Positions 37,748-47,563 of a stretch of 64,000 bases of DNA are shown here, one piece after another. Made by a program: the position numbers and the translations under genes. Origin of the DNA: a candidate division FCPU426 bacterium (GTDB taxonomy: Bacteria > Oederibacteriota > Muellerivitia > Muellerivitales > Muellerivitaceae); NCBI GenBank assembly GCA_963847625.1, contig CAWKAR010000025.1, positions 32,001 through 96,000 on the forward strand. Reading direction: 5' to 3'. Below the pieces are notes generated by a model. That model was not told where the DNA came from. It saw only the letters and a list, made by a program, of their open reading frames with translations, and did no database searches. Numbering within the stretch: the first letter of the stretch is position 1; each line of letters opens with the position of its first letter.

Positions 37748-39007
37748 TTAGGCCATCCGAAGTTTTAAATTCCCATGGATCATCGCGAAAGATACGGTTC
37801 CCCTGTAATTAATTACTTTATTGAGCATATCCAATCCCTCCTTTGATTTCCCCGGCACGGGGATACCGATAAGGTCCGCAAAAAAACCTGGCCTGATTTG
37901 CCCCAATTGCAGGCCCCAACCGAGGGCCCGGGCCGGTTTGACCGTAGCCATGGACAGGATCTCCTGGGCGGAAACACTCGGGTGCTCCTCCTGAAACAAC
38001 CTCATCTCCCTGAACAAGGAAAGGGATTGGTTGCTGGCTAGGCTGTCGGTTCCCAAGCAAACGGGGATATGGTGCCGCCTCATCTGCTTATAACGAAAAG
38101 GCGGATGCCTGAAAAAAAGGTGGCTTCCAGGGCAATAAACCACTGACACCCGGTTCTTGGATAGAAGCTTTAAATCCTTGTCATCCACCACGTTCAAGTG
38201 CACCCCCAAATCCAATTTAGGCAACCAGCCTAAAACATTCAAATATCGGACCGGCGTGGTCCCGCAGGGTATTTCCCATCCGGGGTTTAAAAATCGAACT
38301 CTCTCGGCAATAGGGCCTTTCCCACTTTTGAAATAAGCCGCCTCTTCCCGGCTTTCGGATAAATGGAGGGTGGTCGGAATATTCCCATGTTGATTCAAGT
38401 AACGACCGGTCCATTGGAACAATTCCTTGGAAACGGTAAAAGGGGTATGGGGACTCAAACCCCAACGAAAGTTTGAAAGGGTTTGGATCGTTGGGTGGCA
38501 TTCCCGCAGGCGCTCAAGGAATTGTCGCCAATATTTCCAGGGGGAGGATAAACCTAAATCCATTAGTTCCAAAAAGACGAAGGAACGAAGACCCGATTCC
38601 TGTAACAGGCTCCAGCTTTCCCCGCTTGTTGAAATATCGCAGAGGGTGGTAGTGCCGTAAGCCAAACTTTCCCGAATACCCTTTTCCACAGATTTCCGGA
38701 ACTCAATGGAGGAAGTTTCCTCGGCCTTGGCCCCCATTCTCCTGAGCCAATCCCGAAACCTGCCACGATAAGGGACCTTCCCCTTAAAAAGGGTGTAATC
38801 CAAGTGGCAATGTGCGTTTATTAATCCGGGTAAAAGGATGGTGTCGCCCAGGTCGAGCAGGCGGACCGACCGGAGGGAAAAAAGTTGCTTGCGTTTTCCC
38901 ACTTGAAGAATACGGTGGCCCTGGATTAACACGAACCCATCTTCGATGGGCTGTGGGCGGTCCAGGGTAAGAATATACTTGGCGAAGAGGATCAAGCGCT
39001 GGTTCAC
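37748..39007 (-). CDS. Amidohydrolase-superfamily metal-dependent deaminase (possibly aminofutalosine deaminase)
   Basis: PGLINAHCH, SPH, LHLSES, LGTDSLASN motifs; the substrate is inferred only from the nearby mqn genes. Confidence 0.8.
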   Translation of the reverse strand: MNQRLILFAKYILTLDRPQPIEDGFVLIQGHRILQVGKRKQLFSLRSVRLLDLGDTILLPGLINAHCHLDYTLFKGKVPYRGRFRDWLRRMGAKAEETSSIEFRKSVEKGIRESLAYGTTTLCDISTSGESWSLLQESGLRSFVFLELMDLGLSSPWKYWRQFLERLRECHPTIQTLSNFRWGLSPHTPFTVSKELFQWTGRYLNQHGNIPTTLHLSESREEAAYFKSGKGPIAERVRFLNPGWEIPCGTTPVRYLNVLGWLPKLDLGVHLNVVDDKDLKLLSKNRVSVVYCPGSHLFFRHPPFRYKQMRRHHIPVCLGTDSLASNQSLSLFREMRLFQEEHPSVSAQEILSMATVKPARALGWGLQLGQIRPGFFADLIGIPVPGKSKEGLDMLNKVINYRGTVSFAMIHGNLKLRMA

Positions 39008-39162
39008 GTCTCTAGATTAGCAGGCCCCCCCTTAATACAAAAGAACCGCTTTAATGAGCTTTGAAACCCGTTCGTTTGGATAAAAATATACCTGGCAGGT
39101 TTGGCTGCCCCTGGAACAAGTTTGCCCCCCCAGACAGCACCGAATAAAGTACAATTCCGCAC

Positions 39163-40467
39163 ATGCTTGATAACTCATTTTCAAGGAAACTCTTCCACTT
39201 AACCAGCGTCTTGACTACCTGGTTTCCCCGCGGCGGAGCCTGGTTATTCGACCACACGTTCATCCCCCTGATCGGCAATAAACCTCTGGTCCGATTTATC
39301 TTTAATCGAAACCTACAAACCGTCCGGAAGGTCAAGGATTTCAAAAAAATCCTGGTTGTATCCGACATCCATATCGGCGATGCCATCCTGGCATCCGGGG
39401 GTGTGTCGGCATTCAGGAACTTTTTTCCTAACGCCCAAATCGACTACGTGGTTAAAAAATCCGTGGCCTGCTTTTTCGAGGGCCACCCTGACATGACTAA
39501 CCTCTATCCCATTTTCACCGGCGGTCAATACCCCAATGAGACTGACCTGGAATCAGTCCGGAAACTCACTTCGGAAAACCGGTACGACATCTGTATGAAC
39601 TGCTGTCCGTTCCTCTCGGACAAGCATATTTTCCCAAAAGGACAAAAGGTGCTGAATATGATAACGGCCGCCCCGGACATCCTTCGGAATCTGCGGGGCC
39701 ATACCGGTTCCTGCCATTTCATGTACCAGTCCTATGGCCTCCCTTTTGGAGTGCTTTCTAAAATTTCGGAAATCAAAAACCCTGATTCTTACAAGGGTGC
39801 CGCGATCATGCTTTCGAACGAAGCCGCTACGGAGGCCAAGTCTTTTCTGGAAGAAAACAAAGTCCCCCGGAATTCTCCCCTTTTCTTCCTCAACCCGGAC
39901 GCGGCCTCTCCTTATAACCGGATCCCCTTTGAAAACCAGGTGGAACTTTTGAAGGGATTATTAGCGATGAAGGGGCATGTGATACTGGGGTCTGGTTTCA
40001 CGGCGAGAGAAATTGAAAAACAGTTGCTGGAAAGACTTGGGGATGTCGAGAAAACCGGGGTGACGGTTGTTCCCACTTCCATGTCATTGGATGGTTATGC
40101 GGCCTTGATCGACTCGGCGGACTTGTTCATTTCAGCCGACACAGGTCCCCTGCACATCGCCGCGGCCAGGAAAAAATCCCGTTCGGGGAATATGCAGTTT
40201 CGAAACCGTACCTTTGTGGTCGCGGTTTTCGGCGCCACCAACGCACGGATGTCGGGGTATGACTCCACCAACCCCCTGTACCCGGCCGCCAACCAGGACG
40301 CGCCATCCCGGACCTACGTATCGGAAAGTCCATGCCGTAACATCACCTGCATGAATAAAATGGCAAAAACTTGTGAAAAGGTGAGGTGTTTTGAGCCGCT
40401 GGACACGGGGAAAATCCTAGAAGATATCCATCATTACTTGGGACGTCATGAAACCAGCAATAAATAA
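39163..40467 (+). CDS. Glycosyltransferase family 9 (heptosyltransferase-like)
   Basis: HIGDAIL and ADLFISADTGPLHIAAA...VAVFGAT motifs. Confidence 0.85.
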   Translation: MLDNSFSRKLFHLTSVLTTWFPRGGAWLFDHTFIPLIGNKPLVRFIFNRNLQTVRKVKDFKKILVVSDIHIGDAILASGGVSAFRNFFPNAQIDYVVKKSVACFFEGHPDMTNLYPIFTGGQYPNETDLESVRKLTSENRYDICMNCCPFLSDKHIFPKGQKVLNMITAAPDILRNLRGHTGSCHFMYQSYGLPFGVLSKISEIKNPDSYKGAAIMLSNEAATEAKSFLEENKVPRNSPLFFLNPDAASPYNRIPFENQVELLKGLLAMKGHVILGSGFTAREIEKQLLERLGDVEKTGVTVVPTSMSLDGYAALIDSADLFISADTGPLHIAAARKKSRSGNMQFRNRTFVVAVFGATNARMSGYDSTNPLYPAANQDAPSRTYVSESPCRNITCMNKMAKTCEKVRCFEPLDTGKILEDIHHYLGRHETSNK

Positions 40468-40503
40468 AATTTTAGTGACTCATATCGCACCGGATAAGTT
40501 CAA

Positions 40504-41403
40504 TCATCTCGTCACGTATTTCTCCATCTTCTCGAACTTGTCAAACGGCTTTCGATCCATGGAAATACGTCCCCGGTTCTTCAAAACCTTCAATTCCTCA
40601 TGGGTGGGTTGGACAAGATAAGTCGAGGGCGTGAAGTAATCGAAGGTAATGCCTTTCTTTTTCATCTTACGAATGTTGGATTCCATGAGCTTCAGGGAAA
40701 CCGGCCTCATGGAGGCAATCCGGTAGGTCCAACCCATGCCGAAACAGGGCATGTCCACCCTGGCGGTCAAGATATATGGAAAAACGGAATGAAAGGTTTT
40801 ATAAATCGTGGCGAAAGATTCTGGAAAAAGATAGTAATTGTCCGTGTGGATCCCGATGAGCCCTTTAGGCTTCAACCTGCTTTTACAAAGCCTGTAAAAC
40901 TCCCGGGTATAGAGCCTTTTGGAGGGCCCATGGGGTTCGGTTAAGTCGATAATTAAAACATCAAATGTTTCTGAATTGTTTTCCAACCTTTTCCGGGCGT
41001 CTCCATATAAAATTTCCACGCGCGGGTCCCTCAGGCATTTTCGGATCTCCGGGTAATTTTTCCGGCAGAAATCAACTACCCCCTTGTCGATCTCTAACAT
41101 CAGGATTCGTTTCAAGCTCTTGAACTTGACGGCTTCCTCAATGGCAAAGCAATCCCCGCCCCCCACGATACAGATACTTTTGGGATTCCGGTGGGCTAAG
41201 AGGGGGGCCGAGACTAAATATTGGTGATACCGATTCTCGTCTCCCTGGCTGACTTGGATTTTCCCATCCAAAAAAAGAAGGGTCCCATAGGTCTGGTTCC
41301 TGTAAATTTCCATGGTTTGGAAGGGGGTCTTTCCCCGATAAAGGGACTTGCCCTTGTAAACATGTCCAAAGGTGTTGGTGGCCCACTCGGTCTTAACTGG
41401 CAT
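40504..41403 (-). CDS. speE: Polyamine aminopropyltransferase (spermidine synthase)
   Basis: TPFQ, LFLDGKIQ, IVGGGD, EIDKGVV, FDVLIIDLTEP, LYTREFY. Confidence 0.88.
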   Translation of the reverse strand: MPVKTEWATNTFGHVYKGKSLYRGKTPFQTMEIYRNQTYGTLLFLDGKIQVSQGDENRYHQYLVSAPLLAHRNPKSICIVGGGDCFAIEEAVKFKSLKRILMLEIDKGVVDFCRKNYPEIRKCLRDPRVEILYGDARKRLENNSETFDVLIIDLTEPHGPSKRLYTREFYRLCKSRLKPKGLIGIHTDNYYLFPESFATIYKTFHSVFPYILTARVDMPCFGMGWTYRIASMRPVSLKLMESNIRKMKKKGITFDYFTPSTYLVQPTHEELKVLKNRGRISMDRKPFDKFEKMEKYVTR

Positions 41404-41541
41404 CCATCTCTCCTTGAAAAGAATGAGGAATTATAGAATCCTGCCGTTTAAATCCCATTATAAATTTAGAAAAAGGCGGAAACAGGGGGTAAAAGGGGAA
41501 AAATAACACACTTTTGGGAAGAAGAACCCTTGTCCTACAAC

Positions 41542-41625
41542 TTTCATAAGTGTGGCCGGTCGCCAATGCCGCTGAGGCCGCCGTCAGAAGAGCGGGTCAT
41601 GAATGATGCGGCACTCACGAAACAT
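41542..41625 (-). other. Candidate structured cis-regulatory RNA with overlapping 13-codon uORF
   Basis: Stem TTTCGTGAGTG/CACTTATGAAA encloses CCGC/GCGG and TGGC/GCCA stems; ORF MFRECRIIHDPLF* at 41625-41584. Confidence 0.45.
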
Positions 41626-41653
41626 GCTTCTATTTAATTCGGGCAAAAGTGGT

Positions 41654-42708
41654 GCCGAATTCACGGAGTAAGTGCAACACTTCGCCGGAAGACTTCCGCC
41701 GGAGTTTTAAAGCCCAAACATTTCCTGGGCCTGTTATTGAGCCATCTTTCTATGGTCCTGAATTCTTTGAAGGACACTTTAGCAAGATCAGTCTTTTTAG
41801 GCAAATGGCGGCGGACAAGACCGATAGTATTTTCCACCGTACCTTTTTCCCAACTGTGGAAAGGGGCGCAGAAAAAGGATTTTGTACCAAGCACGTGGTT
41901 GGTTTCCAAGTGGTTGGTGTTTTCGGTTCCGTTGTCATAGGTCAGACTCAGGCGGGCGTCTTGAGGGAAGCGGCATAAAGCGCGGTTGAGGCTATGACTC
42001 ATTTGGCGAGCGGTCTTTCGTTTGAGCTTTCCCAACTTGGAAAAACGGCTTTGACGCTCGACGAGAGCCCGCATAGCAACTTTACTCTGACGAGAGACCA
42101 TGGTGTCGGTTTCCCAATGGCCGAATTGCTTGCGTTGATTGGCGATCTCGGAGCGCTTATCGATGGAAACACGGCCTGGGATATGGTTTTTGGCGTGCTT
42201 ACGGCTATGGCCAAATGAGAATCGTCGCCGGTGGTGTCGAACTAGGCAAGGAATCAGCTCAGTGGCTTCAGCATAAACCCACTGATAGATAGCTTCAGGA
42301 CCAATGGTTTGCTTAGGCCGTAGGTGACCTAATCGACCTGAAATGAGTTCTGGAGACCAGCCTCGTTTCAATTGACGACGGACGTAGGCACGAATTCGTT
42401 TTGTTTTCAGGCGTAAACGGCGTGCTCGTTGTTGGTTGCGGTCAACATACCGTTGATGGGCTCGATGAGAAAGATAATAACCAGAACGGATAGGGGGAGC
42501 ATTGCGCTTGAGTTCCCTGGAGAGGGTGGAAGGAGACCTCTTCAAGGCGCGTGAAATTGCTCGAAGGCTAAGACCCTTTCCTTTCAAGACGGATAAATGA
42601 TCTCTTTCTTCAACGCTTAAATGCTTGTATTTCTTTTTCATAGCCGCATATCCTATTCATGCGGCCTTCTTCAGACACTAAGTGTTGCACTTACTTATGG
42701 AACTCGGG
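41654..42708 (-). mobile_element. IS30-family insertion sequence, copy 2 (1055 bp)
   Basis: Reverse complement of copy 1; 3-bp target duplication GGT (41651-53 and 42709-11). Confidence 0.96.
41661..42641 (-). CDS. IS30-family transposase
   Basis: Protein identical to 24196-25176 in the ORF track. Confidence 0.96.
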   Translation of the reverse strand: MKKKYKHLSVEERDHLSVLKGKGLSLRAISRALKRSPSTLSRELKRNAPPIRSGYYLSHRAHQRYVDRNQQRARRLRLKTKRIRAYVRRQLKRGWSPELISGRLGHLRPKQTIGPEAIYQWVYAEATELIPCLVRHHRRRFSFGHSRKHAKNHIPGRVSIDKRSEIANQRKQFGHWETDTMVSRQSKVAMRALVERQSRFSKLGKLKRKTARQMSHSLNRALCRFPQDARLSLTYDNGTENTNHLETNHVLGTKSFFCAPFHSWEKGTVENTIGLVRRHLPKKTDLAKVSFKEFRTIERWLNNRPRKCLGFKTPAEVFRRSVALTP

Positions 42709-42712
42709 GGTT

Positions 42713-43837
42713 TTATTTGTTTGTTGTTCTTAAAACAATATTTTTCTTGTCGTCTTGGCAGCGGTAGATTTTCGTTTCTAATTCCTTGACGCAGTCCGTC
42801 CAATCCCACTTTCTTGCCAGCAAAACGGCCTGGCGTGTGGATTTTTTGGCCCTCAAAGCCTTAAGAACGGCCCCCGCGAAGTGGGCCGGGTCGGGCGGGG
42901 AAAGAAAAATCTTTTTTTTGAACTGGTGAATTTCTCCCACTTGGGTGGCCACCACCTTACAGCCGCTGGCCATGGATTCACGAAGCTTCATCGAGGCCCG
43001 GTATTTATTAACCGGAAGGTCGCTGTAATAAACGAGGGAGGCGCCGGAAATATTTAAGCAGGCGGCCACTTGCCGGGGGGAAAGGTAACCCGTGAAGTGG
43101 ACTGCATGGGCGACTCCCAATTCCATCGCGAGGCGCTTGAAGCGGCCCTCATCGGGTCCGCCGCCCGCCACCAGCAGTTTGGCCGCGGGGATGGCCTTAA
43201 GGATGATTTGGAAAGACCGCAAGACCGGCTCCAGGTCGCAGGCCACATTCAAATGAGCCGTGAAAACCAAAAGGGGACGGGCTTTTCTATCGTTGTAAAG
43301 CTCAGCGGCTATGCCGGGCAGGTGCTCCTTTATCGGAGGGCGCGGCGAAAACAGGTCGGTGTCCACTCCTTGGGGAAGCTGGACTAGATTTTCCCCGGGG
43401 ACTTTAAAAACTTGCGCGATGGCTTCCAACAAGTTGGGATTGTGGTAAGTGACAATGTCCGCCCATTTGGGCCAGGCGATTTGCAGACATTTATGGAAAG
43501 TCTTGAACCAGCCGTGGCTGTAATCGTAGTCCAAGTCATCCACGTCAATGACGGCCTTCGCGCCTTTAAGCCTTTGCACCCAAAGAGCCGGAACAACAGT
43601 GGGATAAGGTTTGATGGCCATCGCCACGTCGGCTTTGATGAAAAGCGACTTGTAAAGGTAATAGGGCGCCGAAAGAACCATGTCGAACCAAAACGGAAGG
43701 CTGGGGATGGGTTTCACGAACCGGGCTTCATGGCCCCTTTTCTGAAACGCCTCGGCGATATAGCGCGCGCGCAAGGCACACCCTGTTCCGCCGCCTTTTG
43801 TGGAGAAGACGAGGAATTTGAGCGGTTTTTTCGGCAA
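42713..43837 (-). CDS. Glycosyltransferase family 4
   Basis: GT-B motifs PQGVD..LF, LLVAGGGP, VHFTG, KLRESMASG..VVAT.VG. Confidence 0.85.
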   Translation of the reverse strand: MPKKPLKFLVFSTKGGGTGCALRARYIAEAFQKRGHEARFVKPIPSLPFWFDMVLSAPYYLYKSLFIKADVAMAIKPYPTVVPALWVQRLKGAKAVIDVDDLDYDYSHGWFKTFHKCLQIAWPKWADIVTYHNPNLLEAIAQVFKVPGENLVQLPQGVDTDLFSPRPPIKEHLPGIAAELYNDRKARPLLVFTAHLNVACDLEPVLRSFQIILKAIPAAKLLVAGGGPDEGRFKRLAMELGVAHAVHFTGYLSPRQVAACLNISGASLVYYSDLPVNKYRASMKLRESMASGCKVVATQVGEIHQFKKKIFLSPPDPAHFAGAVLKALRAKKSTRQAVLLARKWDWTDCVKELETKIYRCQDDKKNIVLRTTNK

Positions 43838-43935
43838 GATTAACGCCTCCCACCGTGCGTGAAATGGAATTTCTCGTTAAGGCTTTTCATAGGCAGTCAT
43901 TCAAAAATCCCAGGTAAACTTTAATCCCGAAAATA

Positions 43936-45411
43936 TTATCTAACGTCCTGGCCGGTGAGAATGGCGGCGCCCCGCTTGGCGATTTCCCAGCAGCCCTTGA
44001 TGTTCCACATGGGGTCGGTGAGGCGGATTTTGGAGAGCAAGTACTTGGGGCGGAACAATATTTCCCGGTAGGCCTCCCGGCGCATCCGGATCAGGTCCTG
44101 GGTCGTCAGGGCTTCGGTGCGGATAACCGGAACGGGGGCCAGGGGTGAGTACTGGGACCAGTCTTTGTGGTTCAGGTAGCCGTTCTTCTCATACCAGGGG
44201 TACATCTCGGTGTTGGGGAAAGGCGTGGAAAAGCAGAACTGGGTATAGAAGGGGTCGATTTCCTTGATGAAGTCGATGGTTTCGCGCCATGTTTCCTTTG
44301 TCTCGCCGGGCAACCCCACGATGGTCATGCCGTAAAAAAGAATATCGGCTTCCTTGCAGGACAGGGCGCATTTCCGGATGTCGTCCTTGGATACGCCCTT
44401 GTTGATGTTCTCCAATATTTTCTCCGAGCCGCTCTCGATGCCCACCGCCAGCTCGCGGCAGCCCGAATCGCGCATTTTCTTCAAAGAAGGGACATCGGTC
44501 AGGTTGGCGCGGGTACAGCAGACCCACTCCATGTTCACTTCGTCCTTGATCAATTGGTCGGCCAGGTCGGCGGTACGGGCCGAATTGAGCGCCAGGAGAT
44601 CGTCGAAGAAAAGGACGTTCTTGGCCCCGAAAGAATCCCTCAGCCACTTGAGCTCAGCGGCCACGTGCTGGTGGGGACGGGGGCGGTATTTCTCCATGGC
44701 GTAAGCGCAGAAAGAACAGCCGAAAGGACAGCCCCGGGAGGTTTGAATCATGACGAAATGGTCCTGAAAGACACCCGTGTGATAGGGTTCGATGGAGGGC
44801 AGCAGGTCATAAGCCGGAAATGGGGCGACACTCACATCCATCAAGGAATCGGGGGGTGTTTTTTGAAGGCCTTCTTTTTCGGTGAAGTAAGCCAGGCCTT
44901 TAATTCCGGAAAACCAGCCGGTGGATTTCGGGGGCAGGGTGCCTTCAGGTGAAAGATGCGATTCCAGTTCCTTGGCTAGGTTCGGCAGGATGGCGTCCAA
45001 CTCGCCCATCAAATAGAGATCCACTTCGGGACGGCGCGCGGTTTCCTCCAACAGAAAGCCCACCTCGGAAATGATTTTGTTTCGAATCACCGTGACGCAG
45101 GAAGGGTTGGTGGCTTTGGCCAGTTGGAGGACCTTGAGATCTTCTTCCTGGCAGTCGAAGGCCATGCGAGCCACCACCAAATGGGGCTCCCAGGAGCTTA
45201 AAACACGGCCGATATGTTCCAATCTCAGGTCAAACCCGTTGGCGTCAATGACCTTCACGTCGAAGCCGGCCTGGCGCAGGGAAGCGGCTCCCTGGAGGAT
45301 GGATAAGGGGGGATAGACCGAACCCACGTCCCGGTGCTCGTAGCGTTCCTCCCGGACGACCGGAAGGTCCTTCACGCGGGGCGGATTGACTAATAAAACT
45401 CTCAGCTTCAT
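43936..45411 (-). CDS. B12-binding-domain radical SAM enzyme
   Basis: N-terminal LLVNPP/YPPL B12-type domain, TSRGCPFGCSFC (CxxxCxxC), GIESGS, GLPGET, TPFPNT. Confidence 0.9.
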   Translation of the reverse strand: MKLRVLLVNPPRVKDLPVVREERYEHRDVGSVYPPLSILQGAASLRQAGFDVKVIDANGFDLRLEHIGRVLSSWEPHLVVARMAFDCQEEDLKVLQLAKATNPSCVTVIRNKIISEVGFLLEETARRPEVDLYLMGELDAILPNLAKELESHLSPEGTLPPKSTGWFSGIKGLAYFTEKEGLQKTPPDSLMDVSVAPFPAYDLLPSIEPYHTGVFQDHFVMIQTSRGCPFGCSFCAYAMEKYRPRPHQHVAAELKWLRDSFGAKNVLFFDDLLALNSARTADLADQLIKDEVNMEWVCCTRANLTDVPSLKKMRDSGCRELAVGIESGSEKILENINKGVSKDDIRKCALSCKEADILFYGMTIVGLPGETKETWRETIDFIKEIDPFYTQFCFSTPFPNTEMYPWYEKNGYLNHKDWSQYSPLAPVPVIRTEALTTQDLIRMRREAYREILFRPKYLLSKIRLTDPMWNIKGCWEIAKRGAAILTGQDVR

Positions 45412-45637
45412 GGCTCTTTATTCTCCCGTTGATTAAAGATCTCCCGAATGGTGAAACGTCAAGATACGCCCGGCAGGTCGAATTCTCAAGCCCCGGGAAA
45501 GCCCAAATGAAGCTCAAAAGGCACGTCCAAGATTACAACCTTAACCAAGATGGATGTTTGATTAGGGGTTTTCTCCAGGAAATCCAGGTGTATTTGTCCG
45601 GAACCTGAAAAACGCGGAACCACCATCTGATGGACCC

Positions 45638-46873
45638 TTAGAATAAATAAAGATCCATGGAAAGTTTCAAGTCAATGCCGGTGTAATCAATGGAGGCGTA
45701 ATCGCTGATGCCGCCCCCGATGTATTGGGTGCTCTGGATTCCCACGGTTCCGTTAGGCTGGATGGCCAGGGCCGCGGTGCTGGGGCCGGCACTCAAACCG
45801 CTGACGGTTCCCTGGACTTTGGGGATATTGGCGTAACGGAAACTGCCGGATAACTCCAAGCCGACCGACTTCGTGAAAAACCATTCGTTTCCAATTCCCA
45901 CCTCGGCCCCGATGTTCCCGCCGCTTAAATTTCCGTAAATCGGCTGGGTGGAAGCTTGCTGGTAGTAGCTCACCATGCTCAAGTAATAGCCCAACCCTCC
46001 CATGACAAAAAAACGGTTTTTCCCAACGGGGAAATAACGGTAGTAATTCAGGCTGGCCGAATAGGTATCCGGATTGATGGATTGCAGGACGCCCGAGGAG
46101 GAGGAAACCAAGTTCACCGAGTAACCCTGGCCCCCCAGGTAGGAGAGGCCCACTGAAACGGCGTCTTTAGGGTCCAGGCTGTAGCCTGTCTCAAGCCCCA
46201 TCTCGATGCCGGCGTTCCTCGCCAGGACGTAGCCTTCTTCCCCGTTCTGGGCGAGGTTCTTGTTCCAAGCCACCACCCCCGCCCCCAGGTCCCCGGTTCC
46301 CGTAAAACCGTAGGTGGAATCCAGCTTGAACCAGAGGGGGTTCCGGCCCTCGTTTTTCCGGGGGTAGTAATTTACGGGTTGATCGAATGCCGGGGTCTTG
46401 ACCGACATGCCGGAAACTTGGGCTAAAACCTCGGAAGGAATGTCGACTGGCGGAGCTATTTTTGAAATATACTTCGGTTTTTCTTCGTCAACCGGCTGGA
46501 GGGGATAATCGAATGCGCCTGTGGTCAGGTCCCGGCAGTCCTTGATCAGGGTGGAATTGTTAGGATGGATTCTCAGGCATTCCTGGTAGGCGGCCAAGGC
46601 CGCGTTTTTTTGCCGGAGCTGGAAATAGCAGTTTCCGATCATTTGATAGCATTGCCAAAAGTCCATGTCCTCGTCGACGGCATTGCAAAAATACCGGATG
46701 GCTTTCTCGTAATAGCCTTGCTGGTATAAACGGTAGCCGGTCTTGTAATCGGACAAACCTGGTTTAGCCATCACCGAGGAGAGGGGCAATAGGGCCATCA
46801 CCCCCGCCAATCCAAATGAAAACAAAATTCTTCGATTCATCAGGAATCCAATCATACCTGCTTCGGGATTCAT
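45638..46873 (-). CDS. TPR plus outer-membrane beta-barrel protein
   Basis: Signal peptide, two TPR-like motifs, alternating beta-strand C-terminal half ending ...LSMDLYLF. Confidence 0.7.
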   Translation of the reverse strand: MNPEAGMIGFLMNRRILFSFGLAGVMALLPLSSVMAKPGLSDYKTGYRLYQQGYYEKAIRYFCNAVDEDMDFWQCYQMIGNCYFQLRQKNAALAAYQECLRIHPNNSTLIKDCRDLTTGAFDYPLQPVDEEKPKYISKIAPPVDIPSEVLAQVSGMSVKTPAFDQPVNYYPRKNEGRNPLWFKLDSTYGFTGTGDLGAGVVAWNKNLAQNGEEGYVLARNAGIEMGLETGYSLDPKDAVSVGLSYLGGQGYSVNLVSSSSGVLQSINPDTYSASLNYYRYFPVGKNRFFVMGGLGYYLSMVSYYQQASTQPIYGNLSGGNIGAEVGIGNEWFFTKSVGLELSGSFRYANIPKVQGTVSGLSAGPSTAALAIQPNGTVGIQSTQYIGGGISDYASIDYTGIDLKLSMDLYLF

Positions 46874-46974
46874 GCTTTAAATGTACCCACTTTATAGACG
46901 GCAAAAACGAAAAATATTCCAAAAAAAATGAAAATGAATGTATCTCAAGCCGGTTTAACTTTAAAACCCTTAAT

Positions 46975-47379
46975 CTACCTCGGCTTTCCAGGTAGTGTTT
47001 TCCGCCCATATTCGGCGGTAATGGTGGAATGCATGCCTCCCCGGGTGTTGAATTCACCGGCGACCCTGCACCATTTGGGCTTGGCCGCGGCCGTAAAATC
47101 CCGAAGCATTCGGTTGACCGCGTTTTCATAAAAAATTCCGACATTGCGATAGGCCAGGATGTATCCCTTGAGGGATTTCAGTTCCAAAACCGATTTGACG
47201 GGCTCATATTCCAAAATTAGGGTCCCAAAATCCGGAAGTCCCGTCTTGGGGCAGACCGCCGTATATTCGGGGATCTCAATCCGGATGGTGTAACCCTTGA
47301 ATTGATTGGGAAAGGTCTCCAGGGCGGGTAATTTCACCGACAATCCGGATTTTGCGTGCCGCTCGTTGTATTGGTTCAT
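46975..47379 (-). CDS. queF: NADPH-dependent preQ0 reductase
   Basis: PEYTAVCPKTGLPDFG, ELKSLK, F.TRGG. Confidence 0.94.
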   Translation of the reverse strand: MNQYNERHAKSGLSVKLPALETFPNQFKGYTIRIEIPEYTAVCPKTGLPDFGTLILEYEPVKSVLELKSLKGYILAYRNVGIFYENAVNRMLRDFTAAAKPKWCRVAGEFNTRGGMHSTITAEYGRKTLPGKPR

Positions 47380-47440
47380 AAACACTCCAAAATCTTAATG
47401 GAACAAGATTTTTTAAATCACATCTTTCCAAAATAATCTC

Positions 47441-47537
47441 TAGCCACGGATGCATGGGATAAATGGGATTTAATAAACACAAATATTTAAAGCCTTTTTC
47501 TTTGCTTATCTGAATGCATCCCCTGAATCCGTGGCTA
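47441..47537. repeat. Dispersed palindromic (MITE/REP-like) repeat, uninterrupted copy
   Basis: Perfect 11-bp ends TAGCCACGGAT ... ATCCGTGGCTA; paralog at 29950. Confidence 0.85.
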
Positions 47538-47563
47538 ATCCTTGTTTTTCCTTTACGATTTTT

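Noticed and set aside
41505..41652. 6S RNA
   Set aside because: A closing stem CACTTTTG/CAAAAGTG exists, but I could not recognise 6S consensus features or its usual gene context; left to an Rfam search.
47385..47560. preQ1 riboswitch upstream of queF
   Set aside because: The interval is occupied by the dispersed palindrome and no preQ1 aptamer motif is visible.
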